Below are positions 1-9,827 of a stretch of 64,000 bases of DNA, in pieces. How positions within the stretch are numbered: position 1 is the first letter of the stretch; every line of letters starts with the position of its first letter. The stretch is from an uncultured delta proteobacterium. GTDB lineage: Bacteria; Myxococcota_A; Polyangia; Polyangiales; Houyiibacteriaceae. The position numbers were made by a program, and so were the translations under genes. The DNA lies in NCBI GenBank assembly GCA_963817725.1, contig CAWFPD010000006.1, forward strand, positions 132,406 through 196,405. The letters run 5' to 3'. The notes below the pieces were generated by a model. That model saw nothing but the letters and a program-made list of their open reading frames with translations. It did no database searches and was not told where the DNA came from.

Positions 1-1
1 C

Positions 2-1042
2 TGGAAACAGTATGCACCCGGGCTCAAGACCATCGATGAGGCCATCGATGTCCGCGCACGTTTTCTGCTTGCTTTCGAGCAAGCAGAGTTTGAAAGAGAC
101 CCGGCCGCGCAGCGGGCGGCCTTGACGTTCGCCATCGTGGGGGCCGGCCCTACGGGGGTCGAGATGGCGGGCGCGCTAGCGGAGATCGCGAGATCCGTTC
201 GCAAGGATTTTCGGACCATCGATACGAAGAGTGCGCGGATCATCCTGCTCGATTTTGCTCCCAGAGTACTGATGGCCTTCCCCGAGGACCTGGCCGAGCG
301 GGCCGAGCAAGACCTCGAAAAGCTCGGGGTGGAGGTGATGCTCGAGACACGTGTCACCAACGTCGATAAAACAGGGTTGAGCGCGGAGACCTCCGATGGC
401 TCGGTTCGAATCGATGCAAACAACGTGATTTGGGCCGCCGGCGTCAAAGGGACGCCGTTGGGCGCGAAGCTCGGTGTCGAGCTCGACAAAATGGGACGAG
501 TGATCGTCCGCCAGGACCTCACGGTGCCGGGGCACCCGAACGTATTCGTTGCCGGTGATTTGGCTCATTGCGTCGATCCTGAAACCGGTGAGCCGGTGCC
601 CGGCGTCGCCCAGGGCGCCATCCAGGGTGGCCGGTTCGCCGGCGAAGCCATCGCCGCAGAGATCGAAGCCGTGCAACACGGGCGGCCGGAGCCCGCTCGC
701 AAGGCCTTCCACTACCAAGACAAAGGGTCGATGGCCATCATCGGCAGAAACCACGCAGTGGCTCAGATCGGCAAGCTTCACATCGGAGGCTACCTGGCAT
801 TTTTGATGTGGGCCTTCATCCACATCCTGTTTTTGATCGGGTTCCGTAGAAAGCTGGTCGTGTTCATCGAATGGGTATGGCTCTACCTCACCGGGGGCCG
901 GGGGGCGCGTCTCATCACCGGCGACGACCGCATGCCCAAGGTGATCGAACCGCCGCCTGATGCCCGCCTGCTCGCTCGCCAATCGCAACCAGACGCGACG
1001 CCTGGCGGCGCCTCGCAAGCGGCGGAGACCAGCGCACACTAA
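2..1042 (+). CDS. ndh: Type II NADH dehydrogenase (NDH-2), 5' end cut by window edge
   Basis: The frame is open from the window edge. It has the second dinucleotide-binding motif IVGAGPTGVEMAG, the VFVAGD motif, and a hydrophobic C-terminal region. Confidence 0.8.
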   Translation, partial: WKQYAPGLKTIDEAIDVRARFLLAFEQAEFERDPAAQRAALTFAIVGAGPTGVEMAGALAEIARSVRKDFRTIDTKSARIILLDFAPRVLMAFPEDLAERAEQDLEKLGVEVMLETRVTNVDKTGLSAETSDGSVRIDANNVIWAAGVKGTPLGAKLGVELDKMGRVIVRQDLTVPGHPNVFVAGDLAHCVDPETGEPVPGVAQGAIQGGRFAGEAIAAEIEAVQHGRPEPARKAFHYQDKGSMAIIGRNHAVAQIGKLHIGGYLAFLMWAFIHILFLIGFRRKLVVFIEWVWLYLTGGRGARLITGDDRMPKVIEPPPDARLLARQSQPDATPGGASQAAETSAH

Positions 1043-1104
1043 TTCTGCGTTGGCTCCGTGACTCGGTTCGTCGAAGATCGGACGGACTGTGCTAGGAGAC
1101 CTTC

Positions 1105-2763
1105 GTGACCGACTGGAAGCTAGCGAAGCATCCGACGTTTCCGGGCGTGCCTGGACCCGTGCTCATCGTCGTGATGGATGGCGTCGGCTGCGGCGCATCG
1201 AACGAAGGCGACGCCGTTTGGCTCGCCCGGACACCGACGCTGGACCGGCTGGCCGCCATGTCACTGACCACCCGGCTCAAGGCGCACGGCACAGCGGTGG
1301 GGCTGCCGAGCGACGATGACATGGGCAACAGCGAGGTTGGACACAACGCGTTTGGCGCAGGCCGCATCTTCGATCAGGGTGCCAAACGCGTGAACGAGGC
1401 AATCGAGAGCGGCGAGATCTTCGAAGGCAAAGAGTGGAAGAGGCTCGTGCGCCAGGTGAAGGAGAGCGGCGAGCCGATGCATTTCGTCGGATTGCTTTCC
1501 GATGGCAACGTGCACAGCAACATTCATCACCTGTTCGCCATGCTGCGGCGATGCAGCGAGGAGGACGTCAAAAAGGCGCGGGTGCACATCTTGCTCGATG
1601 GACGCGACGTGCCCGAGACGAGCGCGCTCGAATATGTGGATTCGCTCGAACGGACACTGCACGAAATCAACGACCATGGCGGCCGGGACTATCGCATCGC
1701 GTCGGGCGGGGGGCGCATGTACATGACCATGGACCGGTACAATGCCGACTGGTCGATGGTCGAGCGCGGGTGGAAGCATCACGTGCTCGGACAAGGCAGG
1801 GGTTTTTCGAGCGCTACCGAGGCCATCAAGACCATCCGGAGCGAAAACCCCGGCATGATCGATCAGGATCTGCTCGGCTTCGTCATCGTCGATGCCGAGG
1901 GCAAGCCAGTCGGTCCAATTCGCGATGGCGCATCCGTGATCCTCTTCAACTTCCGCGGCGATCGAGCACTGGAGCTCACCCGCGCATTCACCGAGCCTGA
2001 CTTGCACGAATTCGACCGCGGTCCGATTCCCGATGTCGAGTTTGCCGGCATGATGGAGTACGACGGCGACCTCAAGCTGCCGCGTCACTACCTCGTCCAG
2101 CCCCCCGAGATCGACCGGACCATGGGCGAATACTTGGCGCGAAACCAGATCCGGCAATTCGCATGCAGCGAGACGCAGAAGTTCGGGCACGTCACCTATT
2201 TTTGGAACGGCAACCGCAGCGGCATGTTCGATCCGGCCTACGAGGAGTACTTCGAGGTGCCGAGTGACCGGGTCCCCTTCGAGCAGCGGCCGTGGATGAA
2301 AGCGGCCGAGATCACCGACGCGACGATTGCAGCGTTGAAGCGTGAGCGCTTTCGGCTTGCTCGCATCAACTACGCCAACGGCGACATGGTGGGGCACACG
2401 GGCAACCTGGAGGCGTCGGTCATCGCAGTCGAAGCGGTCGACCTGTCGCTAGGGCGGCTCATTCCGATCATCCAAAAGCTCGACGGGGCGTTGATCGTGA
2501 CCGCTGACCACGGCAACTGCGACGAGATGTTCGAGGTCGACAAGAAGACTGGGGAATTGCTCCGCGACGAGCAGGGCCATCTTCGTAACAAGACCAGCCA
2601 TACCCTCAACGCGGTGCCTTGCTACATCTACGTTCCGGGCAATACGACGCTCCTTCTCGATGAAGGCCTTCACGATCCGGGCATCGCAAACGTCGCTGCA
2701 ACCGCCTTTCAGCTCCTTGGCTACGCGCGTCCCGAAGGCTACGAGCCTTCCATCCTTCGTTGA
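1105..2763 (+). CDS. gpmI: 2,3-bisphosphoglycerate-independent phosphoglycerate mutase (long ~550 aa form)
   Basis: GTG start preceded by AGGAG. Alkaline-phosphatase-superfamily metal-site motifs are present (VVMDGVG, NSEVGH, TADHGN). Confidence 0.88.
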   Translation: MTDWKLAKHPTFPGVPGPVLIVVMDGVGCGASNEGDAVWLARTPTLDRLAAMSLTTRLKAHGTAVGLPSDDDMGNSEVGHNAFGAGRIFDQGAKRVNEAIESGEIFEGKEWKRLVRQVKESGEPMHFVGLLSDGNVHSNIHHLFAMLRRCSEEDVKKARVHILLDGRDVPETSALEYVDSLERTLHEINDHGGRDYRIASGGGRMYMTMDRYNADWSMVERGWKHHVLGQGRGFSSATEAIKTIRSENPGMIDQDLLGFVIVDAEGKPVGPIRDGASVILFNFRGDRALELTRAFTEPDLHEFDRGPIPDVEFAGMMEYDGDLKLPRHYLVQPPEIDRTMGEYLARNQIRQFACSETQKFGHVTYFWNGNRSGMFDPAYEEYFEVPSDRVPFEQRPWMKAAEITDATIAALKRERFRLARINYANGDMVGHTGNLEASVIAVEAVDLSLGRLIPIIQKLDGALIVTADHGNCDEMFEVDKKTGELLRDEQGHLRNKTSHTLNAVPCYIYVPGNTTLLLDEGLHDPGIANVAATAFQLLGYARPEGYEPSILR

Positions 2764-2765
2764 GC

Positions 2766-3437
2766 TCAGCGGTACCGCAGACGCAGCTTGATGCCGAGGA
2801 AGTCGGCAATCTGCTGGGCGTACGAGCGCGGAATCAGATTGAGACGGCCCTCCACGACGGCGCGGGCGCGCGCATGCGGCTCGCCTTTGAGCGCCGGAAG
2901 CACGATCTGACTCCAGGCGAGCAAGGTCTTTCCATCCGCCTTGCTCAGCGCGAGGGTCAACACGGGCTCGAGCCGCTTCTGGTACGCCACCGAAGCCGTG
3001 CACAGGGCAGCAAAGGTTTTGACCAAGCCATCTTTTCCGACGTCGTTGGCCTCTTGGAACGAGCTCTTCAGGACGTCTAGTTGGCGGGCGACGCGAGCCG
3101 GGGCGATCCGGGCAATGGCCGGTAGGGCTTCGGCCGAAGCTTGAACCACGCGCTTGTTCGAGGACGAAATCCCCTTTGCAAACTTCGACACCAGCGGCAC
3201 GACGAGCTCGGGCTTTTCGGTAACGAGCTCACTCAGCACGCGGGCCGATTGAGTAGCCGCGGTCCGAGGCCCTTCCATCATCGTCTCGCCGTGCTCGGCG
3301 ATCTTCGATTGAGGGTTTTCCTCGGCGAGAATCTTTCGAGCGATTGCGGCCGCGCCGCCGCCCTTCTTGGCCGGCTTTCCCTCGGCGGCGCCCTTGTTTG
3401 CCGGGCTCGATTTCGTGCTCTTCTTCTTTGTGGTCAT
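2766..3437 (-). CDS. Hypothetical protein with Lys/Ala-rich N-terminus and helical-repeat (HEAT/ARM-like) body
   Basis: 223-aa ORF with good GC3 bias. Its ATG overlaps the upstream esterase stop (ATGA at 3434-3437). I recognise no catalytic motif. Confidence 0.55.
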   Translation of the reverse strand: MTTKKKSTKSSPANKGAAEGKPAKKGGGAAAIARKILAEENPQSKIAEHGETMMEGPRTAATQSARVLSELVTEKPELVVPLVSKFAKGISSSNKRVVQASAEALPAIARIAPARVARQLDVLKSSFQEANDVGKDGLVKTFAALCTASVAYQKRLEPVLTLALSKADGKTLLAWSQIVLPALKGEPHARARAVVEGRLNLIPRSYAQQIADFLGIKLRLRYR

Positions 3438-4447
3438 TCGGATCCTCGAAGTGCTTCAACGATCTTCGGAAGCGAAACCTCGTAGCGCCATGAGGTGCCT
3501 CGGTGTCCGCCGTCGTACTCCTCGTATTGAACGGGCAGCCCGCGCCGAAGGAGCGCGCTGTTGAGCACCCGCGCAGCGAAGTGTAGCCCGTGCTCATCGC
3601 GGTTGCCTGCGTCCATGTAAATAAGCGACATCTTTTGCAAAGCGGCCATCGAGCCCTCGATCCGTTCGACCGGGTCTTGCTGCAGCCACCGGCGCCAGAC
3701 GTCGGGCCGCACCTGCGCCGTAGCGGGATCGAAGGGCAGATCGGCGAACGGAAAACGCCCTTCGGCCGGCGAGTACGCCCCAGCGGCGGCCAGCACGAAA
3801 ATCGCGTCGAACTGGGAAGCGTTTTGCGGACCCGTAGCGGGAACCTCCTGCGCAAAGGGAGCTAAGCCGCCCGCCGCATCGATCTCGATCGCCGCCCCGG
3901 TGAGCATGGGTCGCATGCTGATCTCGAACCCCGCATCTCCAGCGTGGCTTCCGATCACCGAGACTACGTCTGGCCGGTCCATGCCCAGCCGGAGCGCGCC
4001 AAACCCGCCAGACGAACGCCCTATCACCGCGCGTGCCTCCCGGGTGGGAACGGTGCGAAGCTCCGCATCGACAAAGGGAAAGATCTCGTCCGCCAGGTAG
4101 GTCTGGTAGCGCCCGGTGCCCTCCGAATCGAGGAACTGCGAGCCGCCCCAGCGGTTGAAGCAATCGGGCAGCGCCAAGATGGCCGGTTTGCTCTCGCCTC
4201 GCGCCACCAGCTGGTCGAAGAGCTCGATCGTATTGGGCTTCCATGGGCTCCATGCCACGATCGAATGATTGGTGGCACCGAACCCTGCCAGCATCATGAC
4301 CACGGGGAAACGTCGCGAACCATCGTATTGCGGCGGCAGGTACGCGTAGAGGGCGCGGTCGTGCGGGTCACCGAGCGGGTTGTCCCGCAGGCAGGTGCTC
4401 TGGTGTGCAAAGCGAACGATTCGGCCCTTCATTGGCGGCCTTCGCAT
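3434..4447 (-). CDS. Putative esterase family alpha/beta hydrolase (esterase D / enterochelin-esterase-like)
   Basis: GRSSGGFGA nucleophile elbow (GxSxG) and typical putative-esterase family layout. An alternative ATG exists at 4432. Confidence 0.7.
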   Translation of the reverse strand: MRRPPMKGRIVRFAHQSTCLRDNPLGDPHDRALYAYLPPQYDGSRRFPVVMMLAGFGATNHSIVAWSPWKPNTIELFDQLVARGESKPAILALPDCFNRWGGSQFLDSEGTGRYQTYLADEIFPFVDAELRTVPTREARAVIGRSSGGFGALRLGMDRPDVVSVIGSHAGDAGFEISMRPMLTGAAIEIDAAGGLAPFAQEVPATGPQNASQFDAIFVLAAAGAYSPAEGRFPFADLPFDPATAQVRPDVWRRWLQQDPVERIEGSMAALQKMSLIYMDAGNRDEHGLHFAARVLNSALLRRGLPVQYEEYDGGHRGTSWRYEVSLPKIVEALRGSE

Positions 4448-4488
4448 AGCACATTCGCACTATCGCTGCGGGAAATACCTCGACGTGG

Positions 4489-6288
4489 CTACATGCGATC
4501 GACCACTCCGATGCCCACGAGCCCAAGCCCGCGGCGGATTTGTCGCGCGGTCAAGGCCGTGAGACCCAAGCGGCTCTCGCGGCGGCCGCCCTCGGCGTCC
4601 AGCACGGGACACTCCGCGTAGAAGCTGTTGAATGCACGCCCGAGCTCATAGACGTGCTCACAGATGATGTGCGGCTGGCTCGTCTCGCCCGCCTGGTATA
4701 CGGCGTCTGCGAATCGGAGCAGGTGCTTGCCGAGCGCGAGCTCAGGCGCGGCTTCGAGGGAGATCGCGGCCCCGCTCGCGACGGTGTCCATGTCGATGCC
4801 ACCCTTGGCGAAGATGGAAGCGCAGCGCGCGTATACGTATTGCAGATAGGGTCCGGCGTTGCCCTGAAACGAGATCATCTTGTCCCAATCGAACTGATAG
4901 TCGCTCATTCGATTTTGGCGGAGGTCGGCGTACTTCACCGCGCCGATCCCCACGACACGGCAGACCTCGTCCATCTCTTCGGGTCGCACCCGAAGCTTGC
5001 CTTCGGCGATTCCCTCGTCGATTCGTTGCCGGGCGCGTTGTTTGGCCTCCTGCAGAAGCGAGCCCAGCGTGATGACGTGGCCGCTGGCGTCTCGGGTCCG
5101 GAGCGGTTTCCCATCCGGACCGAGCACCGTTCCAAAGCCCACGTGCTCGAGGCCCATTTCGACCCCGAGGAGCTTCATCACCGCAAACAGCTGTTGGAAA
5201 TGCAACCCTTGCCGGTTGTCGACGACGTACAGGGCACGATCGGCGTGGAAGTGATCCCTGCGGTAGAGCACCGTCGCGATGTCCGTCGTGGAATAGAGGA
5301 ACGCGCCGTCTTTCTTCTGCACGATGAAAGGGGTCTGCTGCTTCCGCAGCGCTTGGGGCGCATCGGCAATTTCGTCCCAGAAGATACACACGGCGCCCTC
5401 GTCTTTGCGCGCAATTCCGCGTGAGAGCAGCTCTTCGACCACCGCTGGAAGCGCGTCGTGATAGGCGCTTTCACCGAGCCAAACGTCGAATGAAACGCCC
5501 AGCTCTTCGTAGACCTCGTCGAGCGCCTTGCGGCTGACCTCGACGAAATGCTCCCAGAGCTCGTGGTTCTCTCGATCGCCGCTTTGCAGCTTGGCGAGCT
5601 CTGCGCGGGCCCGGTCCGCCAAAGCCTCGTCGTTGGAGGCGCGCTCGGAGGCCAGCTTGTACACGCGCTCGAGCTCGGCGATGGGGTCGCTTTGCAGGGC
5701 GTCTTCGCTTCCCCATTCACGCATGCCCACGATCAAAAGCCCGAACTGCGTACCCCAATCCCCGAGGTGGTTGTCGCGGATGACCTCGTGACCCATGAAC
5801 GAAAGAATTCGCGCGATCGCATCGCCGATGATCGTCGATCGCAAATGTCCCACGTGCATCTGTTTGGCGATGTTCGGGCTCGAAAAATCGACGATGATCT
5901 TAGAGGCCTCGTCGACCACGGGCACTCCGTCGCGTTCGGGATCGCGCAGTGTCTCAGTGACCTGAGAGGCGATCCAGGAAGGCGACAGGTGTAGATTGAT
6001 GAAACCGGGCCCGGCCACCTCGGCCTTGTCGATCGCATCGAGACTGGCCAGCACCTGGGCGATCGGCGCAGCCAGCTCACGGGGCGACTTCTTCAGCTCT
6101 TTGCCGAGCGGCAGCGCGCCGTTGATCTGGAAATCGCCAAACTTGGGGTCCTGCGTCGGCCGCACCATCGCAGGCCGGGGACCCTCGAGGTGGAGTGCGT
6201 CGGTGATGGCTTGCGTCCCCACGGACTCCAGGTATCGCTCCAACCGCATCGCCCGAGGGATACCAGAAAAAGGCAGAGCGTCCCCCAC
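4489..6288 (-). CDS. argS: Arginine--tRNA ligase
   Basis: Class I HIGH motif HVGHLRSTIIGD and full-length ArgS architecture (599 aa). The start is ambiguous: GTG at 6288 or ATG at 6249. Confidence 0.93.
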   Translation of the reverse strand: MGDALPFSGIPRAMRLERYLESVGTQAITDALHLEGPRPAMVRPTQDPKFGDFQINGALPLGKELKKSPRELAAPIAQVLASLDAIDKAEVAGPGFINLHLSPSWIASQVTETLRDPERDGVPVVDEASKIIVDFSSPNIAKQMHVGHLRSTIIGDAIARILSFMGHEVIRDNHLGDWGTQFGLLIVGMREWGSEDALQSDPIAELERVYKLASERASNDEALADRARAELAKLQSGDRENHELWEHFVEVSRKALDEVYEELGVSFDVWLGESAYHDALPAVVEELLSRGIARKDEGAVCIFWDEIADAPQALRKQQTPFIVQKKDGAFLYSTTDIATVLYRRDHFHADRALYVVDNRQGLHFQQLFAVMKLLGVEMGLEHVGFGTVLGPDGKPLRTRDASGHVITLGSLLQEAKQRARQRIDEGIAEGKLRVRPEEMDEVCRVVGIGAVKYADLRQNRMSDYQFDWDKMISFQGNAGPYLQYVYARCASIFAKGGIDMDTVASGAAISLEAAPELALGKHLLRFADAVYQAGETSQPHIICEHVYELGRAFNSFYAECPVLDAEGGRRESRLGLTALTARQIRRGLGLVGIGVVDRM

Positions 6289-6360
6289 TCCGTCCGATTA
6301 AGTGGCGCAGTCCTCATTTTTCGCGTGGTAGGCTGCGCTCCAGTGAACGTGATTCGGACC

Positions 6361-7320
6361 ATGATCGACAGGCTGAGGCCCGTGATTCGTGTGCGCCGGG
6401 CCATCCTCGGTCCGAGGCGACCGACCTGGACGCTCGAGCTCGAAACCGTGGCCGAGGTGATGCGCCGCTCGGCCGTGCTGTCCACCGTGATGCCGCTCCA
6501 CATTCAACGTCGGGTCATCGATCCCCCGCGGCCGATCACGAAGCCCATGCGGGAAGTCGACATGCACCCCGTCGAAGCCGACGGCGTTTCGGCGGAATGG
6601 TTTTCACAGTCCGCGAGTGACTCCCAACGCGTCGTCTTGTATCTGCACGGCGGGGGCTACTCGACCGGGTCGATCAATTCCCATCGAGACTTTCTGGCGC
6701 GGCTGTGCATTGCCAGTGGCGTCCGCGTGTTGGCCGCCGATTACCGCCTTGCCCCCGAGCATCCGTTTCCTGCGCAGCTCGAGGACGCCAAACGGGTCTA
6801 CCGCTGGTTGATCGAGGAAGAGGGGTTGCACCCCGATCGCATCGTCATGGGCGGCGAGTCGGCCGGCGCCGGGCTCACCCTCTCGACGCTGGTGGCCCTT
6901 CGCGATGAGGAGCTGCCCCTGCCTGCCGGTGCGGTCCTGCTTTCGGGATGGTTCGACCTGGATCCTCGCAGCACCTCCATGCAATTCAACAGGCACTACG
7001 ACTTCGTCACGCGGCTGGGTGTGCGCGCCATGGCCAAGCGGTTTGCCCCACGTCAGGAGCACGCCAACCCTTTGGTATCACCCGTGCACGCCGAGATGAA
7101 GGACCTCCCACCCCTGCTCATTCAAGTCGGGGCCGCAGAAACGCTGCTCGATGACAGCCTTCGCGTTGCGGAGCGTGCTCGATCGGCCGGTGTGGATGTC
7201 AGGCTCGAGGTCTGGCCCGACATGATCCACGCCTGGCACGTGTTCGCGCCCATGCTCGAAGAGGGGCGTCGCGCGATCGATCGGATCGGCTCGTTTGTGA
7301 GCCAGATCACGGCTGAATAG
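6361..7320 (+). CDS. Alpha/beta hydrolase, hormone-sensitive-lipase-type esterase/lipase
   Basis: HGGGY oxyanion-hole motif and GESAGAG nucleophile elbow. The ORF-track start at 6190 would overlap divergent argS, so I chose ATG 6361. Confidence 0.8.
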   Translation: MIDRLRPVIRVRRAILGPRRPTWTLELETVAEVMRRSAVLSTVMPLHIQRRVIDPPRPITKPMREVDMHPVEADGVSAEWFSQSASDSQRVVLYLHGGGYSTGSINSHRDFLARLCIASGVRVLAADYRLAPEHPFPAQLEDAKRVYRWLIEEEGLHPDRIVMGGESAGAGLTLSTLVALRDEELPLPAGAVLLSGWFDLDPRSTSMQFNRHYDFVTRLGVRAMAKRFAPRQEHANPLVSPVHAEMKDLPPLLIQVGAAETLLDDSLRVAERARSAGVDVRLEVWPDMIHAWHVFAPMLEEGRRAIDRIGSFVSQITAE

Positions 7321-7443
7321 GCCCCTGTCCAGCTTGACGCGGGGGTCTGCTGCCCCCACTTTCTTACGGCCGGCATCTATTGGGGCCGTCGCGCGTAATC
7401 ATGGCGAGCCCGAAGGTGACCGACTCGAAGATCGGAGGCTGAC

Positions 7444-9285
7444 GTGGCGCAAGCAATCAATCGCTATCGTGCGGATCTACGGGACTTTCGTTTCCTGTTT
7501 TTCGAGCAGTTCGACCTGCCCGCACTCCTCGGCAAAGACCCTTTTGCCGAGTGGGGTCCCGACGAGTGCAGCATGGTCCTCGACGAGGTCTATCGATTCG
7601 TCTGTGACGTCACCGGGCCTCTCAACGGCATCGGGGACGAGCAGGGTTGTCGGCTGGAGGACGGTCGCGTGCTGACGCCCGAGGGCTTCAAAGAGGCCTG
7701 GGACAAGCTCTGGGAGGCCGGCTGGCGTACCGTCGCCGCGCCCTCGCGCTGGGGCGGCCAAGATGCGCCCATCATGATCGGCTCCTTCGTCGAGGAGATG
7801 CTTTGCGGCGCGAACACCGCGTTCACGATGTACACAGGCCTCACGCTGTCCGCAGCGGAGCTCCTGCTCGAGTTTGGCACCGAAGAACAGAAGAAGAAGT
7901 ACGTGCCCAAGATGCTGAGCGGACAGTGGACCGGCACCATGTGTCTCACCGAGCCGCACGCCGGCTCCGACGTCGGCTCGGCGACGACGATGGCCACGCG
8001 CAATGGCGATGGCACCTACAGCGTTCGCGGAACGAAGATCTTCATCAGCGGTGGCGACAACGACCTCGGAGAGAACGTGATCCATCTGGTCCTTGCGCGA
8101 ATCGAGGGCGCCGAGCCCGGGACCAAGGGTCTTTCACTCTTCATCGTGCCCCGTGTGCGCATCGAAGAAGATGGCTCGCTCGGAGAGACCAACGACGTCA
8201 CCGTTCCTTCGATCGAGCACAAGATGGGGATCAACGGCTCGGCCACGTGTGTGATGAACTTCGGGGACGAAGATGGGTGCGTGGGCGAGGTCGTCGGAGG
8301 CATCGAGCATCAGGGCATTCGGCAGATGTTCCACATGATGAACGCGGCCCGTATCGGCGTCGGCATTCAAGGTCTGGCCGTCGCTTCCGCCGCTTATCTC
8401 AGCGCGCTCGAGTACGCGCGGGAACGCAAGCAGGGCTCTAGCATCAAGCAGTTCAAGGATGCCAACGCGCCTCGGGTGCCCATTATCGAGCATCCCAACA
8501 TCCGTCGCGATCTGCTGGACATGAAGGCGCAGGTGGAAGGGATCCGGGCGCTGGTCATGAAGCTGTCGAATCACGCGGACCGCCTTCGGGCCACGCGGGG
8601 CAAAGACGACGAGTCCGAGGCGTACCACAAGGGTCAAATCGACCTGCTGACTCCGCTCGTGAAAGCCTACGGCACCGACGCCGCATTCGAGGTGTCGGGT
8701 CGCGCCATTCAAGTCTATGGCGGGCATGGGTATCTCAAGGACTACCCGGTCGAGCAGTACTGCAGGGATTCGAAGATCTTCCAGATCTACGAAGGCACCA
8801 ACTTCATCCAATCGATGGATCTGGTGAGCCGCAAGCTCGGTCAAGCCGGCGGCGCCAATACCCAAGCGTTCCTGATGGACATCCAGAGATTCATCGACGC
8901 CAACAAGGGGACGCCAGAGCTCGGCGAGGGTATTGGCCACCTCCAGGCTGCCCACGAAGCGGTTGCCGCGTCGGTGATGCAGCTCATCGGATGGTTCAAG
9001 GGAGGCAAGCTGGAGCACATCCCGCTCGGCGCCGAGGGCTTCCTCCGGGTCATGAGCGAGCTCGCCGTGGGCTGGTTATTGTTGGAGCAAGCGGCGATCG
9101 CGTTGAGGAAGCTTCCCGAGACGTCGACGACGCATCCCGACCACGCCTTTTACACCGGCAAGAAGTTCGCGGCGCAGCACTTCGCCAACAATGTCTTGTC
9201 GACGCTTCCGAGCAGGGTGCAACGACTCGCGGAGATCGACACGCTCGCCGTCGAAATCCCCGACGACGCCTTCGCCTCGGTATAG
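7444..9285 (+). CDS. Acyl-CoA dehydrogenase, long (~610 aa) form with extra C-terminal domain
   Basis: GTG start after GGAGG. ACAD motifs are present (LTEPHAGSD, IYEGTNFIQ). Confidence 0.85.
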   Translation: MAQAINRYRADLRDFRFLFFEQFDLPALLGKDPFAEWGPDECSMVLDEVYRFVCDVTGPLNGIGDEQGCRLEDGRVLTPEGFKEAWDKLWEAGWRTVAAPSRWGGQDAPIMIGSFVEEMLCGANTAFTMYTGLTLSAAELLLEFGTEEQKKKYVPKMLSGQWTGTMCLTEPHAGSDVGSATTMATRNGDGTYSVRGTKIFISGGDNDLGENVIHLVLARIEGAEPGTKGLSLFIVPRVRIEEDGSLGETNDVTVPSIEHKMGINGSATCVMNFGDEDGCVGEVVGGIEHQGIRQMFHMMNAARIGVGIQGLAVASAAYLSALEYARERKQGSSIKQFKDANAPRVPIIEHPNIRRDLLDMKAQVEGIRALVMKLSNHADRLRATRGKDDESEAYHKGQIDLLTPLVKAYGTDAAFEVSGRAIQVYGGHGYLKDYPVEQYCRDSKIFQIYEGTNFIQSMDLVSRKLGQAGGANTQAFLMDIQRFIDANKGTPELGEGIGHLQAAHEAVAASVMQLIGWFKGGKLEHIPLGAEGFLRVMSELAVGWLLLEQAAIALRKLPETSTTHPDHAFYTGKKFAAQHFANNVLSTLPSRVQRLAEIDTLAVEIPDDAFASV

Positions 9286-9313
9286 CTCTGCTCGAGTTCG
9301 CCGACGTGTCAGG

Positions 9314-9772
9314 TCAACGCTTGGCCTGGCAGTCGGGGCAAATTCCGTAGAGCTCGAGCTTGTGCCGCACGAGGCGGAAGCCGTGCCTCGACGCGACCTC
9401 ACGCTGGAGCTTCTCGATTGCGTCGTCTTCGAACTCGATGATCCTTTCGCAATCGACGCAGATCAGGTGGTCATGGTGCTCGTCTTCCCATGCCACCTCG
9501 TAGCGTGAAACCCCGTCGCCGAAATGGCGCTCGAACGCGAGCCCGCACTCCTTGAGCAACTTGAGCGTCCGGTAGACGGTGGCGTACCCGATCTTGGGCT
9601 CATCGACGCGCACCCGGTCGAGCAGATCCTCGATGGAGAGGTGGCCGTCACTCGCGAAGAAATGCTCGGTGACGATACGCCGCTGTTCGGTCGACCGCAG
9701 ACCATGCCGAGTCATGTATTCGTTCAAACGAGCACGCAGTTGCTCGGCGTCACGTTCGGCGTGGGCTCCCAT
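9314..9772 (-). CDS. fur: Fur family transcriptional regulator (Fur/PerR/Zur not distinguishable)
   Basis: 152 aa with a winged-helix N-terminus, an HHDH metal site and two CxxC pairs (CVDC, CPDC). Confidence 0.85.
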   Translation of the reverse strand: MGAHAERDAEQLRARLNEYMTRHGLRSTEQRRIVTEHFFASDGHLSIEDLLDRVRVDEPKIGYATVYRTLKLLKECGLAFERHFGDGVSRYEVAWEDEHHDHLICVDCERIIEFEDDAIEKLQREVASRHGFRLVRHKLELYGICPDCQAKR

Positions 9773-9827
9773 TCGTGCTCTCTACCCAAGACGTTCCTAA
9801 GGTAACATCCCGGCTTTGTCCATCCCC

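Noticed and set aside
6190-6360. N-terminal extensions in the ORF track: the hydrolase from 6190, pntAA to 40394, the Nudix gene to 31328, prs from 31785, tkt from 40212, cdnL from 28250, rplI from 35203, the dipeptidase from 55881 and the YqeY-like gene from 56963.
   Set aside because: - Each extension overlaps a neighbouring gene or promoter region and encodes Arg/Pro-rich junk.
- Each is followed by an internal ATG or GTG with a Shine-Dalgarno sequence that matches the conserved N-terminus of the family.
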